From IMG/VR virus record IMGVR_UViG_3300020420_000671: DNA of 64,000 nucleotides; one strand, written 5' to 3'. Source of the DNA: a virus. Lineage: Duplodnaviria; Caudoviricetes. Of this stretch, positions 1 through 8,794 are shown piece after piece (position 1 is the stretch's first letter; each line of letters opens with the position of its first letter). A program made the position numbers and the translations under genes. The notes below the pieces were generated by a model, which did no database searches, was not told the DNA's origin, and saw only the letters and a list, made by a program, of their open reading frames with translations.

Positions 1-1
1 G

Positions 2-388
2 GAAATTACAGATGAAGGTACTAGATGTTGGAAGGGTTATGAACGTAAAGGCATGAAGACCATGTTCGGAAAACGTGTACCTAACTGTGTAAAAAGAGAA
101 CATGTAGACTATTGTGTGAACTGTGGTGATCTTGTATTTTCAGAAGATATGAATTTACATGAAGATTTAAAAAAATGGTTCAAACAAAAATGGGTCCGCT
201 TTGGTCCAGACGGAAAAGTACGTGGATCATGCGGAGGAAAAAGTGAAGGTGAAGGAAAGCCAAAGTGTTTACCAGCCGCAAAGGCCTACGCTATGGGCAA
301 GAAGAAAAGAAAAACTTCTGCCGCTCGTAAACGTAGGAAAGATCCTAATGCAGATAGACGTGGTAAGGCTAAAAACGTTAAAACTTAG
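2..388 (+). CDS. 5'-truncated phage protein with Cys/basic motif cassettes (CWKGY...VPNCV; WFKQKW...KPKCLP)
   Basis: Frame is open from base 2 (EITDEGTRCWKGYERKGMKT...) to TAG at 388; motifs recalled from uncharacterised marine phage proteins. Confidence 0.7.
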   Translation, partial: EITDEGTRCWKGYERKGMKTMFGKRVPNCVKREHVDYCVNCGDLVFSEDMNLHEDLKKWFKQKWVRFGPDGKVRGSCGGKSEGEGKPKCLPAAKAYAMGKKKRKTSAARKRRKDPNADRRGKAKNVKT

Positions 389-397
389 GAGTAGAAT

Positions 398-511
398 ATG
401 GAAAACACTTGTAAATGCGATAAATGTAATCATGATTGTCACTGTGATACTGAATGCCAAGAATGCGTAAATGATATCTGTACAGGTTGTGAATGCGATC
501 ACTGCAGATAA
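398..511 (+). CDS. Metallothionein-like Cys-rich miniprotein (37 aa)
   Basis: Translated by hand: MENTCKCDKCNHDCHCDTECQECVNDICTGCECDHCR; 11 Cys, 3 His; AGGAG RBS 7 nt upstream; below ORF-track cutoff. Confidence 0.7.
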   Translation: MENTCKCDKCNHDCHCDTECQECVNDICTGCECDHCR

Positions 512-627
512 AAGACATACCTATCTACGAAAAGTGGAGTTCTAAATATAAAAAGAGCATAAACTGTTCTAATCCTAAAGGCTTTTCACAAAAAGCTCAT
601 TGTGCCGGAAAGAAAAAGAAGAAATAA
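493..627 (+). CDS. Small basic phage protein (KWSxKYKKSINCSNPKGFSQKAHC motif), 44 aa
   Basis: Hand translation MRSLQIKDIPIYEKWSSKYKKSINCSNPKGFSQKAHCAGKKKKK; fills the gap before 649; start uncertain. Confidence 0.6.
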   Translation: MRSLQIKDIPIYEKWSSKYKKSINCSNPKGFSQKAHCAGKKKKK

Positions 628-648
628 TATCAGATAAATACATTTGAT

Positions 649-1296
649 ATGTCTTTTTTAGTTTGTAACACCCCAATTATTCCAGTATATGTAAAGAAAG
701 AATATCTCTATGATTTAGAAAAAGGTCATGGCGAACTAACTCCTGGCTTTTGGATCACAGCTAAAAGTGTTATGGGTAAAGCTCTGTACTTTGAAACACT
801 TCTAACAGATTACGGTGCTTTATTTGATAAACTTCCTATATCAGCTTTTGTTTGGAAGGAAGATTATGATAAACATAACCAACTACCATTAGATGTTTTA
901 CAGATATGGGATTGTTTTGATTATGACATTACTATTATTAAAAAGTCTATGCTATCCAACTGTCAATTTTTTGGAAAAGATAAAAAAATGCATAACGGTG
1001 AATATCTATTTACTATTGACAATGCTCATAGGGAAAGAAATGTTATTGATACAAACTTTTCTGAACACGATCCCGAACACAAATCGTTTAACATAATTAA
1101 GTTAGACAATGGTCAGTTTGCGGCACAGCCTAACAATAGAATAATATTCACAGATCAAAGCCTAGTTCTAGGTGATAGAAAACAACCAGACTTCAAAGTG
1201 TGTACACAAAATTACACAGTAGAAAATACCCCAAAGTGGTCAGTAGGACATACAGACGAATGGCAATACAAGACAAAAGAGGAAAAAGATTTATAG
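649..1296 (+). CDS. Conserved phage hypothetical protein
   Basis: 215 aa ORF preceded by ATAAATA at 634-640. Confidence 0.75.
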   Translation: MSFLVCNTPIIPVYVKKEYLYDLEKGHGELTPGFWITAKSVMGKALYFETLLTDYGALFDKLPISAFVWKEDYDKHNQLPLDVLQIWDCFDYDITIIKKSMLSNCQFFGKDKKMHNGEYLFTIDNAHRERNVIDTNFSEHDPEHKSFNIIKLDNGQFAAQPNNRIIFTDQSLVLGDRKQPDFKVCTQNYTVENTPKWSVGHTDEWQYKTKEEKDL

Positions 1297-1985
1297 AAGA
1301 TTATCGGCTTTATGATCTTGAAGAACGTGAACTTTATAGAAAACTTCCGCACTTACACAAGTGGTGGAATAAATTGTACCTGGCAGAAACAATGGGCTAT
1401 CAATGTGGACCAGGCGCAACTGAAATTCCTGAAACAAAAGAATACGTAATAAGACCAATTTATAATCTAGGTGGTATGGGTATATGTACCACCATTAAAG
1501 TTTTAGAACAAGGTGATATATCAAGTGTACCGCCAGGTTACTTTTGGTGTGAGTATCTTGAAGGCAACCACTATTCAGCAACATATTTTAAAGAAGATAA
1601 AGGATTTTACCACGAATGGAAACTGCTTCATAACTGGCAGGGCTGGAATGACAAATCAAACGTTGTTAAATTTACAAGATGGCTTAAATTAGATACTGCT
1701 CCGGAACTGCCCAAACAGTTAGCAGAAATAGATGTTCCTGTTATCAATGTAGAATACAAAGGTAGCAATCCTATTGAAATACATTTTAGACCAAGTGGTA
1801 ATCCAGACGGTACAACTGACAACAAATGGAATGAATACATTCCAATATGGCAAGATACAACTGAAAATTATAAAAACTCTTTAGTTGAACAAGGATATGT
1901 TTGGATCGATAATCCATTTGAAGACTGGTATGAGGATATAAAGCCATATTTTAATGAGAAGAGGTTAGGTTATTATGTACGGTAG
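1260..1985 (+). CDS. ATP-grasp-like phage protein (start uncertain)
   Basis: GYQCGPG..YVIRPIYNLGGMG, FWCEYLEG.H.S and INVEYKG.NPIEIHFR resemble ATP-grasp elements. Confidence 0.45.
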   Translation: MAIQDKRGKRFIEDYRLYDLEERELYRKLPHLHKWWNKLYLAETMGYQCGPGATEIPETKEYVIRPIYNLGGMGICTTIKVLEQGDISSVPPGYFWCEYLEGNHYSATYFKEDKGFYHEWKLLHNWQGWNDKSNVVKFTRWLKLDTAPELPKQLAEIDVPVINVEYKGSNPIEIHFRPSGNPDGTTDNKWNEYIPIWQDTTENYKNSLVEQGYVWIDNPFEDWYEDIKPYFNEKRLGYYVR

Positions 1986-2421
1986 AGTAGATTTATCTAA
2001 AATAGAATATGAATTAGATAAAGAAATAGTTAATCAAAAGCCAACATTGGAAGAAGCAACTGATGTGTTTAGGGCATATTGTTTACATAAAAATTTTGCC
2101 AGTGTACATCCATTATATCAAGATGACATAAATTTATTTGAATGGAATTGTCTATATGAAAACGCCAAACTCATTGCTTGGGAACAAACATTGTTATATC
2201 CAAATGATAAGATTGGAATGAGTATTCAATTCGCATGGAATTATGAGGAACCCACAAAACAAATAGGTTGGAGATTTAGTCATCACGTTCCGGCCTGGTT
2301 AAAGTCTATAGGGTATAAGTACTTATACTTGGGAGATCATCACGAGTATAAAGCCAAAATAAAAGGATATGAAGTTTTAGCTCCAATTAGTAAACATATA
2401 GATGGAACATTTTCAAAATGA
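1975..2421 (+). CDS. GNAT-fold protein resembling the Arg/Leu-tRNA-protein transferase C-terminal domain
   Basis: QFAWNY..P...IG and GYKYLYLG...EYK..I.GYE motifs. Confidence 0.45.
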   Translation: MYGRVDLSKIEYELDKEIVNQKPTLEEATDVFRAYCLHKNFASVHPLYQDDINLFEWNCLYENAKLIAWEQTLLYPNDKIGMSIQFAWNYEEPTKQIGWRFSHHVPAWLKSIGYKYLYLGDHHEYKAKIKGYEVLAPISKHIDGTFSK

Positions 2422-2615
2422 CACCAGAATTTCGGAAAGAAGCATACCGAAGATTTTGGATGATAAAAGGTCATTTAGGTTGCCATAATTGGTCTGACGA
2501 CGATATTATTTCAATGAACGATTCCTACTTAAAAAGACTTTGGCATAATGAAGAAGCATATATACATTCAGAAGGTTTTGAAGAAGCATATCAAAAATTA
2601 TTACAAAATGGTTAA
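2418..2615 (+). CDS. Hypothetical protein
   Basis: 65 aa ORF, ATGA overlap with the upstream stop. Confidence 0.65.
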   Translation: MTPEFRKEAYRRFWMIKGHLGCHNWSDDDIISMNDSYLKRLWHNEEAYIHSEGFEEAYQKLLQNG

Positions 2616-2622
2616 ATTTTAC

Positions 2623-2651
2623 TTGACAAAACAACAAAAATACATTATAAT
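2623..2651 (+). promoter_or_regulatory. Sigma70-type promoter
   Basis: TTGACA-17 nt-TATAAT, perfect consensus, intergenic. Confidence 0.85.
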
Positions 2652-2673
2652 TAGGCAACACTAGGAGAATATT

Positions 2674-2934
2674 ATGAGTGATAGAGTTTATGGACAAGAC
2701 GAAAAGGCAAAACTAGAAAGACTAGTAAATGAAGGCGCCACTGTTTTACAAGAAATTAATGATCTTCAAGAAGGTCTTAAAGAAACAGTCAAAGCAGTTT
2801 CAGAAGAATTGAACGTAAAGACAGCATTAATTAACAAAGCGATTAAGGTAGCACACAAAGGTGACTGGCATAAAGTTGCTGATGAATTTGAAGACCTTGA
2901 AACTCTTGTTACTACTGTTGGAAAAGACAAGTAG
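2674..2934 (+). CDS. Small helical DNA-binding protein, T4 DsbA/GapR-like
   Basis: 86 aa amphipathic helical pattern (LQEINDLQEGLKETVKAVSEELNVKTALINKAIK); AGGAG RBS; directly upstream of polB. Confidence 0.5.
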   Translation: MSDRVYGQDEKAKLERLVNEGATVLQEINDLQEGLKETVKAVSEELNVKTALINKAIKVAHKGDWHKVADEFEDLETLVTTVGKDK

Positions 2935-3014
2935 ATATATAAGTTAATAACGCCCTATGCCAAATGGCGGGCATGTAGTATGGTTTTGTTGGCCACAAGC
3001 AACATGGAGATTGA

Positions 3015-5687
3015 ATGAGTTACGTAGACGCCTATTTTGACAGAGATTCTGACATCATCAGAGTAGTAGAACGAGTTGATGGTAAAAGAATTTTTCAAGA
3101 ACATCCTGTAAAATATACTTTTTATTATGACGACCCGAAAGGTAAGCACAGAAGCATCTATGGAGATCCAATCTCGCGTATTGTTTCAAGAAACACAAAA
3201 GACTTTCGCAAAGAACTAGCAATAAACAATAAAAGAAAACTTTTTGAAAGTGATATCAATCCTATATTCCAATGTTTGAGTGAAAACTATCTTAATCAAG
3301 ATGCTCCAAAACTTAATGTAGCATTTTTTGACATTGAAACAGATTTTGATCCTGAAAGAGGATTTGCTGACCCAAGCGATCCTTTTATGCCTATCACTGC
3401 TATTACGGTACATTTACAATGGCTTGATGCCTTGATAACTTTAGCAGTTCCGCCAAAGACTTTGACAATGGAGGAGGCAAAAGAACAGACTAAGGAATGG
3501 GGACAGGAATGTGTACTCTTTGAAAAAGAAGAAGATATGTTACAAGCATTCTTGGATCTGATTCAAGATAGTGATATACTAACAGGTTGGAACAGTGAAG
3601 GTTATGATATTCCTTATACTGTGAATAGAGTAAGCAGAGTCCTAAGCAAAGATGATACAAGACGTTTTTGTTTATGGAAACAACTTCCGAAAAAACGTGA
3701 ATACGAAAAATATGGTAAATCTGCTGAAACCTATGACCTAATAGGTAGAGTACATTTAGATAGTTTAGAATTATATCGTAAATATACATATGAAGAAAGA
3801 CATACTTACAGACTTGATGCCATTGGTGAACTTGAAGTTGGTGAAAAGAAAACTGTGTATGAAGGTACACTCGATCAACTTTATAACAATGACTTCAGAA
3901 CATTCATCGAATACAACAGACAAGACGTTGCACTACTGGACAAGCTGGACAAAAAACTAAGATTCATCGATCTTAGTAATGAATTGGCACATGCGAATAC
4001 TGTTTTGCTACAGACCACTATGGGTGCTGTCGCAGTTACAGAACAAGCTATTGTGAATGAAGCACACAGGCGTGGTATGCGAGTGCCTAATAGGCCGAAA
4101 CGTGATCCTGAGTCTTCGACAGCGGCTGGTGCCTATGTCGCTTTTCCTAAAAAAGGCTTACACAAATGGATAGGATCAATGGACTTGAATTCACTGTATC
4201 CATCTGTTATTAGAGCATTAAACATGGATCCAGCAACTATTGTTGGACAACTACGCCCAACACTTACTGATGAATATCTAAATGAAGCTATGAACTTACA
4301 AAAGAAATCCTTTGCTGGTGCTTGGGAAGGAAAGTTTGGCACATTAGAATATGAAGCAGTAATGGATCAGAAGAGAGATGTTGCTATTACTGTTGATTGG
4401 GAAAATGATAAAGAAGATGTTCTAAGTGGAGCAGAAATTTACAAAATAATTTTTGAAAGCAACAAACCTTGGATGCTTTCCTCAAACGGAACAATCTTTA
4501 CAACTGAACATGAGGGTGTAATTCCAGGATTGCTTAAACGTTGGTATCAAGAAAGAAAAGAATTACAAGGCCAACTTAAAAAGGCAAAAGATGCTGGTAA
4601 TTCTATTGAAATAGAATATTGGGATAAAAGACAGTTAGTAAAAAAGATTAACCTAAATAGTTTATACGGTGCTATTCTAAATCCTGGTTGTAGATTCTTT
4701 GATAAACGTATTGGTCAATCAACAACACTGAGTGGTAGAACTATTGTTAAACACATGTCAGCAGAAGTAAACAAAGTAATTACAGGTACATATGATCATG
4801 TAGGTGATGCGGTTATATATGGAGATACAGATTCTGTTTATTTCAGTGCTTTTCCTATACTTAAAAAAGATATTGATGCTGGTAAAATTCCTTGGAGCAA
4901 AGAAAACGTTATTACACTATATGATCAAGTAGCAGAGGCGGCAAACGCAACATTTGACAAGTTCATGGCTGAAGCTTTTCATTGCCCTAAAAGTCGAGCA
5001 GAGGTTATTGCGGCTGGTAGAGAAATCGTAGCAGAAAGTGGCTTATACATTACAAAGAAAAGATATGCGGCATTGGTTTATGACTTAGAAGGATTTAGAA
5101 CTGATACAGAAGGCAAGCCTGGTAAAGTAAAAGCAATGGGTTTAGACTTGCGTAGATCAGATACTCCGGTATTCATGCAAGAGTTTCTAAGTGAACTTCT
5201 ACTAATGGTATTAACTAATAAAACTGAAAAAGATGTACTAGACAGAATTACTGAATTTAGAACTGACTTTAAACAACGCCCAGGTTATGAAAAAGGTTCT
5301 CCAAAGAGAGCAAACAAGATAGGACACTATCAGAGACTTGAACAAAAGCAAGGAAAAGCTAACATGCCTGGACATGTAAGAGCAAGTATCAACTGGAATA
5401 CACTAAAACGTATGAATGGAGACAAGTATTCGCAGGAAATCGTAGATGGTATGAAAGTAATTGTTTGTAAACTAAAACAAAATCCATTAGGATATACCTC
5501 CGTTGCTTATCCAACAGATCAACTACGTATTCCAGATTGGTTTAAAGAACTTCCGTTTGATAATGATGCGATGGAGGAAACAATAATTGACAATAAACTA
5601 GGAAACTTAATAGGTGTGTTGAATTACGATTTAGAAAATACAAAACAAAACAACACTTTCAACAGCCTATTTGACTTTGGAGAGTAA
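3015..5687 (+). CDS. polB: Family B DNA polymerase with 3'-5' exonuclease domain
   Basis: Exo motifs FDIETD, GWNSEGYD, YNRQD; polymerase motifs DLNSLYPS, KKINLNSLYG, YGDTDS, KKRY; no intein. Confidence 0.97.
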   Translation: MSYVDAYFDRDSDIIRVVERVDGKRIFQEHPVKYTFYYDDPKGKHRSIYGDPISRIVSRNTKDFRKELAINNKRKLFESDINPIFQCLSENYLNQDAPKLNVAFFDIETDFDPERGFADPSDPFMPITAITVHLQWLDALITLAVPPKTLTMEEAKEQTKEWGQECVLFEKEEDMLQAFLDLIQDSDILTGWNSEGYDIPYTVNRVSRVLSKDDTRRFCLWKQLPKKREYEKYGKSAETYDLIGRVHLDSLELYRKYTYEERHTYRLDAIGELEVGEKKTVYEGTLDQLYNNDFRTFIEYNRQDVALLDKLDKKLRFIDLSNELAHANTVLLQTTMGAVAVTEQAIVNEAHRRGMRVPNRPKRDPESSTAAGAYVAFPKKGLHKWIGSMDLNSLYPSVIRALNMDPATIVGQLRPTLTDEYLNEAMNLQKKSFAGAWEGKFGTLEYEAVMDQKRDVAITVDWENDKEDVLSGAEIYKIIFESNKPWMLSSNGTIFTTEHEGVIPGLLKRWYQERKELQGQLKKAKDAGNSIEIEYWDKRQLVKKINLNSLYGAILNPGCRFFDKRIGQSTTLSGRTIVKHMSAEVNKVITGTYDHVGDAVIYGDTDSVYFSAFPILKKDIDAGKIPWSKENVITLYDQVAEAANATFDKFMAEAFHCPKSRAEVIAAGREIVAESGLYITKKRYAALVYDLEGFRTDTEGKPGKVKAMGLDLRRSDTPVFMQEFLSELLLMVLTNKTEKDVLDRITEFRTDFKQRPGYEKGSPKRANKIGHYQRLEQKQGKANMPGHVRASINWNTLKRMNGDKYSQEIVDGMKVIVCKLKQNPLGYTSVAYPTDQLRIPDWFKELPFDNDAMEETIIDNKLGNLIGVLNYDLENTKQNNTFNSLFDFGE

Positions 5688-5688
5688 T

Positions 5689-5904
5689 ATGATACACACT
5701 ATACAACAACTAATGGACAAAGTAAGTGCTATGCATGGCTTGGCTGTACAAGCACACAGAGAAAAATACAAAAGTCACACAAAAGAATACAATGTTGACC
5801 TTGTTACACACTTGGTCGAACAGATTCAAGCTATGGCTGGGGATATCTATAACGACAGGACACCTCATCCTAAGCTGGTAGCAAAGAAGAAGGAGAAGAA
5901 ATAA
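5689..5904 (+). CDS. Hypothetical protein
   Basis: ATG at 5689 after GGAGA; in frame with track ORF 5671..5904. Confidence 0.6.
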   Translation: MIHTIQQLMDKVSAMHGLAVQAHREKYKSHTKEYNVDLVTHLVEQIQAMAGDIYNDRTPHPKLVAKKKEKK

Positions 5905-5905
5905 A

Positions 5906-6328
5906 TTGAATATGTTTGCTAAAATTAGTAGCCGATTGCCAGAGTTTTGTTTGAGCCATTGGTTATTTAGAATACCTTTAGCGATTGTTTTTATACAACA
6001 AGGGTTAGATAAAATACCTGTTGATATAGAAACCGCTGAATCTTTTGGTTTACCTTATCTCGTGTGGTGGTTCGTTGCTTATGGTGAACTAGGTGGAGGT
6101 CTCGGCTTGTTAGCAGGAGGCTTGATGAACAACAAATGGTTAAAAAGATGGCCTTGGATGGGAGATACTGTTACAAGGTTCAGTGGTATTACTATCTGTT
6201 GTATCATGACTGGAGTAATTTGGATCGGAGAGCCTGAAAGTTTCTGGGACGTAATATTATATGATAACCTACATGTATTTTTATGGGTAGGTGGATTGTT
6301 TTTTGCTTTGAGAGGTAATAGGACGTGA
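5906..6328 (+). CDS. DoxX-family membrane protein
   Basis: RIPLAIVFIQQGLDK, GELGGGLGLLAG, several hydrophobic helices. Confidence 0.7.
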   Translation: MNMFAKISSRLPEFCLSHWLFRIPLAIVFIQQGLDKIPVDIETAESFGLPYLVWWFVAYGELGGGLGLLAGGLMNNKWLKRWPWMGDTVTRFSGITICCIMTGVIWIGEPESFWDVILYDNLHVFLWVGGLFFALRGNRT

Positions 6329-6558
6329 GTAATGTAAAAAAAGTAGCACAGGAACAAGCCGAAGAAGCATATGATATATTTTTTAAATTTATGAAAGGCT
6401 TTGCTTGGGTATGTGGGTTTATTATGTTAGCATTAGTAAGTTGTAATTTTGGTGTAGATGGTACAGGTAGTAAATCGGATCCTGCTCTTTATGAAGAATA
6501 TAAAGAACGTATGGAAGAAATGACAGAAGAAATTAAAAGGAAAAAATATGAGCAATGA
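6325..6558 (+). CDS. Small membrane or lipoprotein-like hypothetical protein
   Basis: Hydrophobic stretch ending LVSC; coupled to neighbours. Confidence 0.6.
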   Translation: MSNVKKVAQEQAEEAYDIFFKFMKGFAWVCGFIMLALVSCNFGVDGTGSKSDPALYEEYKERMEEMTEEIKRKKYEQ

Positions 6559-6805
6559 ACCGTATCATAATCAAGGCTTTGGCGTAGCTTTTTTATGGAT
6601 TATATTAGTTGTGTTTCTATTTCCATTGGCGGCAATGATGACCGTAGATGATACATGGGATAGATTTTTGAGCAAGTATGGAGACCCAATTACGACAGAG
6701 TGTTGGGAAAACAGTAAGCATGAAAAAGTTTGTAAAACAAAAAATAGTTGTAAATTTTTAAGAAACTTTTGTATAGAAGAAGTATATAGATGGAGAGCAA
6801 AATGA
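6548..6805 (+). CDS. Small membrane-anchored hypothetical protein
   Basis: N-terminal TM helix, Cys-rich C-terminus. Confidence 0.6.
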   Translation: MSNEPYHNQGFGVAFLWIILVVFLFPLAAMMTVDDTWDRFLSKYGDPITTECWENSKHEKVCKTKNSCKFLRNFCIEEVYRWRAK

Positions 6806-6884
6806 TGATATCAGATACAGAAACAATGTTATTAACATTAGTACTAGGTGGACTATTTTATGCCTACCTATGCTGGAAAAATTT

Positions 6885-7655
6885 ATGAAACTTACACTAA
6901 TAGGATTTGGCTTCGTAGGCAAAGCAGTACATAACTTACTACAAGAACATTACGATGTAAAAGTAGTGGATCCTCAGTATAATAAAAATACAATTACGGA
7001 TGATTCAGATGGTTATATTGTTTGTGTTCCTACTCCAAGTTCACCTAACTTACATGCTTGTGATATGAGCATTGTTTGGGAGGTAGTGAAAGAGTGTCCT
7101 GACGATAAACCAATTTTAATTAAAAGCACAATTAGTTTAGAAGGTTATGAAGAAATCAAGAATTGGAACAAAAGAATTACTTTTAGTCCAGAATTTCTAA
7201 CAGCCGCAAATGCTAATGAAGATTTTAAAAATCAAAAAGATATGTTGTTCGGTGGATATGACACTGACTTTTGGTATGACATATTTATTTTAGTAAAAGG
7301 ATTCAAACCAACGTATGGTACAATAGAAGAACTTATTATGGCAAAGTATCTACGTAATAGTTTTTTAGCTACTAAGGTAGCCTTTTTCAATGAAGTATAT
7401 GATTTTTGTAAAGCAACAAATATTAGTTACGAAAGTGTTGCTGAACTAGTGGGAATGGACAATAGAATAACTAGAAATCACATGAAGGTTCCTGGTCCAG
7501 ATGGTAGTAGAGGATTTGGTGGTGCTTGTTTTCCTAAGGATACTAAAGCACTCTTACATACTTTTTCAACTTACAATAAACCGTTTACTATACTTAAAGA
7601 AGTAGTAGACTCAAACGAAAGGACAATTGATGAACATTCTGATAACAGGACATGA
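6885..7655 (+). CDS. ugd: UDP-glucose/GDP-mannose dehydrogenase family protein (short form)
   Basis: GFGFVG Rossmann motif, SPEFL, KYLRNSFLATKVAFFNE, GFGGACFPKD catalytic Cys motif. Confidence 0.88.
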   Translation: MKLTLIGFGFVGKAVHNLLQEHYDVKVVDPQYNKNTITDDSDGYIVCVPTPSSPNLHACDMSIVWEVVKECPDDKPILIKSTISLEGYEEIKNWNKRITFSPEFLTAANANEDFKNQKDMLFGGYDTDFWYDIFILVKGFKPTYGTIEELIMAKYLRNSFLATKVAFFNEVYDFCKATNISYESVAELVGMDNRITRNHMKVPGPDGSRGFGGACFPKDTKALLHTFSTYNKPFTILKEVVDSNERTIDEHSDNRT

Positions 7656-8346
7656 GGGATTCATAGGAACCGAGTTATGGAAAAAACTATCCACTAAACA
7701 TGATCTAATGGGATTAGATATAAAGAGTGGGGACGACATATTAACCTGCGATTTGCCTCACCCTAGTGTTGTAGAAGTGGTAATACATTTGGCAGGCATA
7801 GGAGGTGTGAGAGAAAGTCTAGCTGACCCACAAAAGTATTGGAATAACAATGTAGAAGGCACTAAAAGACTGCTCAATTACTATCCTAATGCTAGAATAT
7901 GTGTTGCTGGATCAAGTTCGCAATATGAACCACATCTAAATCCTTATGCGGCAAGTAAGAATGCTATAGAATATATTCCACATGATAATTGTTGTTTTAT
8001 GAGATTTCATACAGTATACGGTCCTGTACCAAGAGCAAACATGTTTTTTGATAAACTGCTTAACAACAAATTAGAATACGTAACACATCACAAAAGAGAC
8101 TTTATACATATTGAAGATTTATGTGATGCTATAGAAATTATAATGAACAGTAAAACTGTAGGATCATTAGATGTTGGAACCGGAGTATCTGTAAGTATCC
8201 AAGACATTAGGCCGGATCTACCTGTAAAACTAAATACTGTTGGTGAAAGAAAAATCACACAGGCAAATACAAAACAACTTCGAGATTTAGGTTTTAGATA
8301 TAAACACACAGTAGAAGGCTTTTTAAAAGAAAGAGGCATAAAATGA
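7630..8346 (+). CDS. NAD-dependent epimerase/dehydratase (extended SDR)
   Basis: ITGHEGFIG, HLAG, YAASK, RDFIHIED. Confidence 0.88.
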   Translation: MNILITGHEGFIGTELWKKLSTKHDLMGLDIKSGDDILTCDLPHPSVVEVVIHLAGIGGVRESLADPQKYWNNNVEGTKRLLNYYPNARICVAGSSSQYEPHLNPYAASKNAIEYIPHDNCCFMRFHTVYGPVPRANMFFDKLLNNKLEYVTHHKRDFIHIEDLCDAIEIIMNSKTVGSLDVGTGVSVSIQDIRPDLPVKLNTVGERKITQANTKQLRDLGFRYKHTVEGFLKERGIK

Positions 8347-8750
8347 AAATAGGCTTTACTTGTTCTACATTTGATTTACTACACGCAGGCCATGTTATAA
8401 TGTTGAGAGAGGCAAAACAACAATGCGACTTTTTAATTTGTGGTCTACAAGTTGATCCTAGTTTAGATAGAAAAGATAAAAATCCCCCCGTACAAACACT
8501 AGTAGAAAGATACAGTCAACTACATGCCTGTAAGTATGTAGATGAAATAATCCCTTATCAAACAGAAAAAGATTTAGAAGATATTTTGGAAATGTATGCC
8601 ATTGACGTAAGAATTTTGGGTGAAGAATACATAGAAAAAGAATTTACAGGTAAAGATATCTGTGAGAAAAGAGGTATACAACTATACTTCAATACAAGAG
8701 ATCACCGTTTTAGCAGTAGTGATCTAAGAAAAAGAGTAAAAAACTGTTGA
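8343..8750 (+). CDS. Cytidylyltransferase, TagD/RfaE-like
   Basis: FDLLHAGH (HxGH) and RFSSS motifs, 135 aa. Confidence 0.88.
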   Translation: MKIGFTCSTFDLLHAGHVIMLREAKQQCDFLICGLQVDPSLDRKDKNPPVQTLVERYSQLHACKYVDEIIPYQTEKDLEDILEMYAIDVRILGEEYIEKEFTGKDICEKRGIQLYFNTRDHRFSSSDLRKRVKNC

Positions 8751-8775
8751 CAAATAATGACAAATATCGTATACT
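8747..8775 (+). promoter_or_regulatory. Sigma70-type promoter
   Basis: TTGACA-17 nt-TATACT upstream of the clamp-like gene. Confidence 0.8.
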
Positions 8776-8794
8776 ATAAAATAGGAGAAGCAAT

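Noticed and set aside
3015-5687. Intein or intron in the DNA polymerase
   Set aside because: Length and motif spacing are normal; no splice or homing endonuclease motifs
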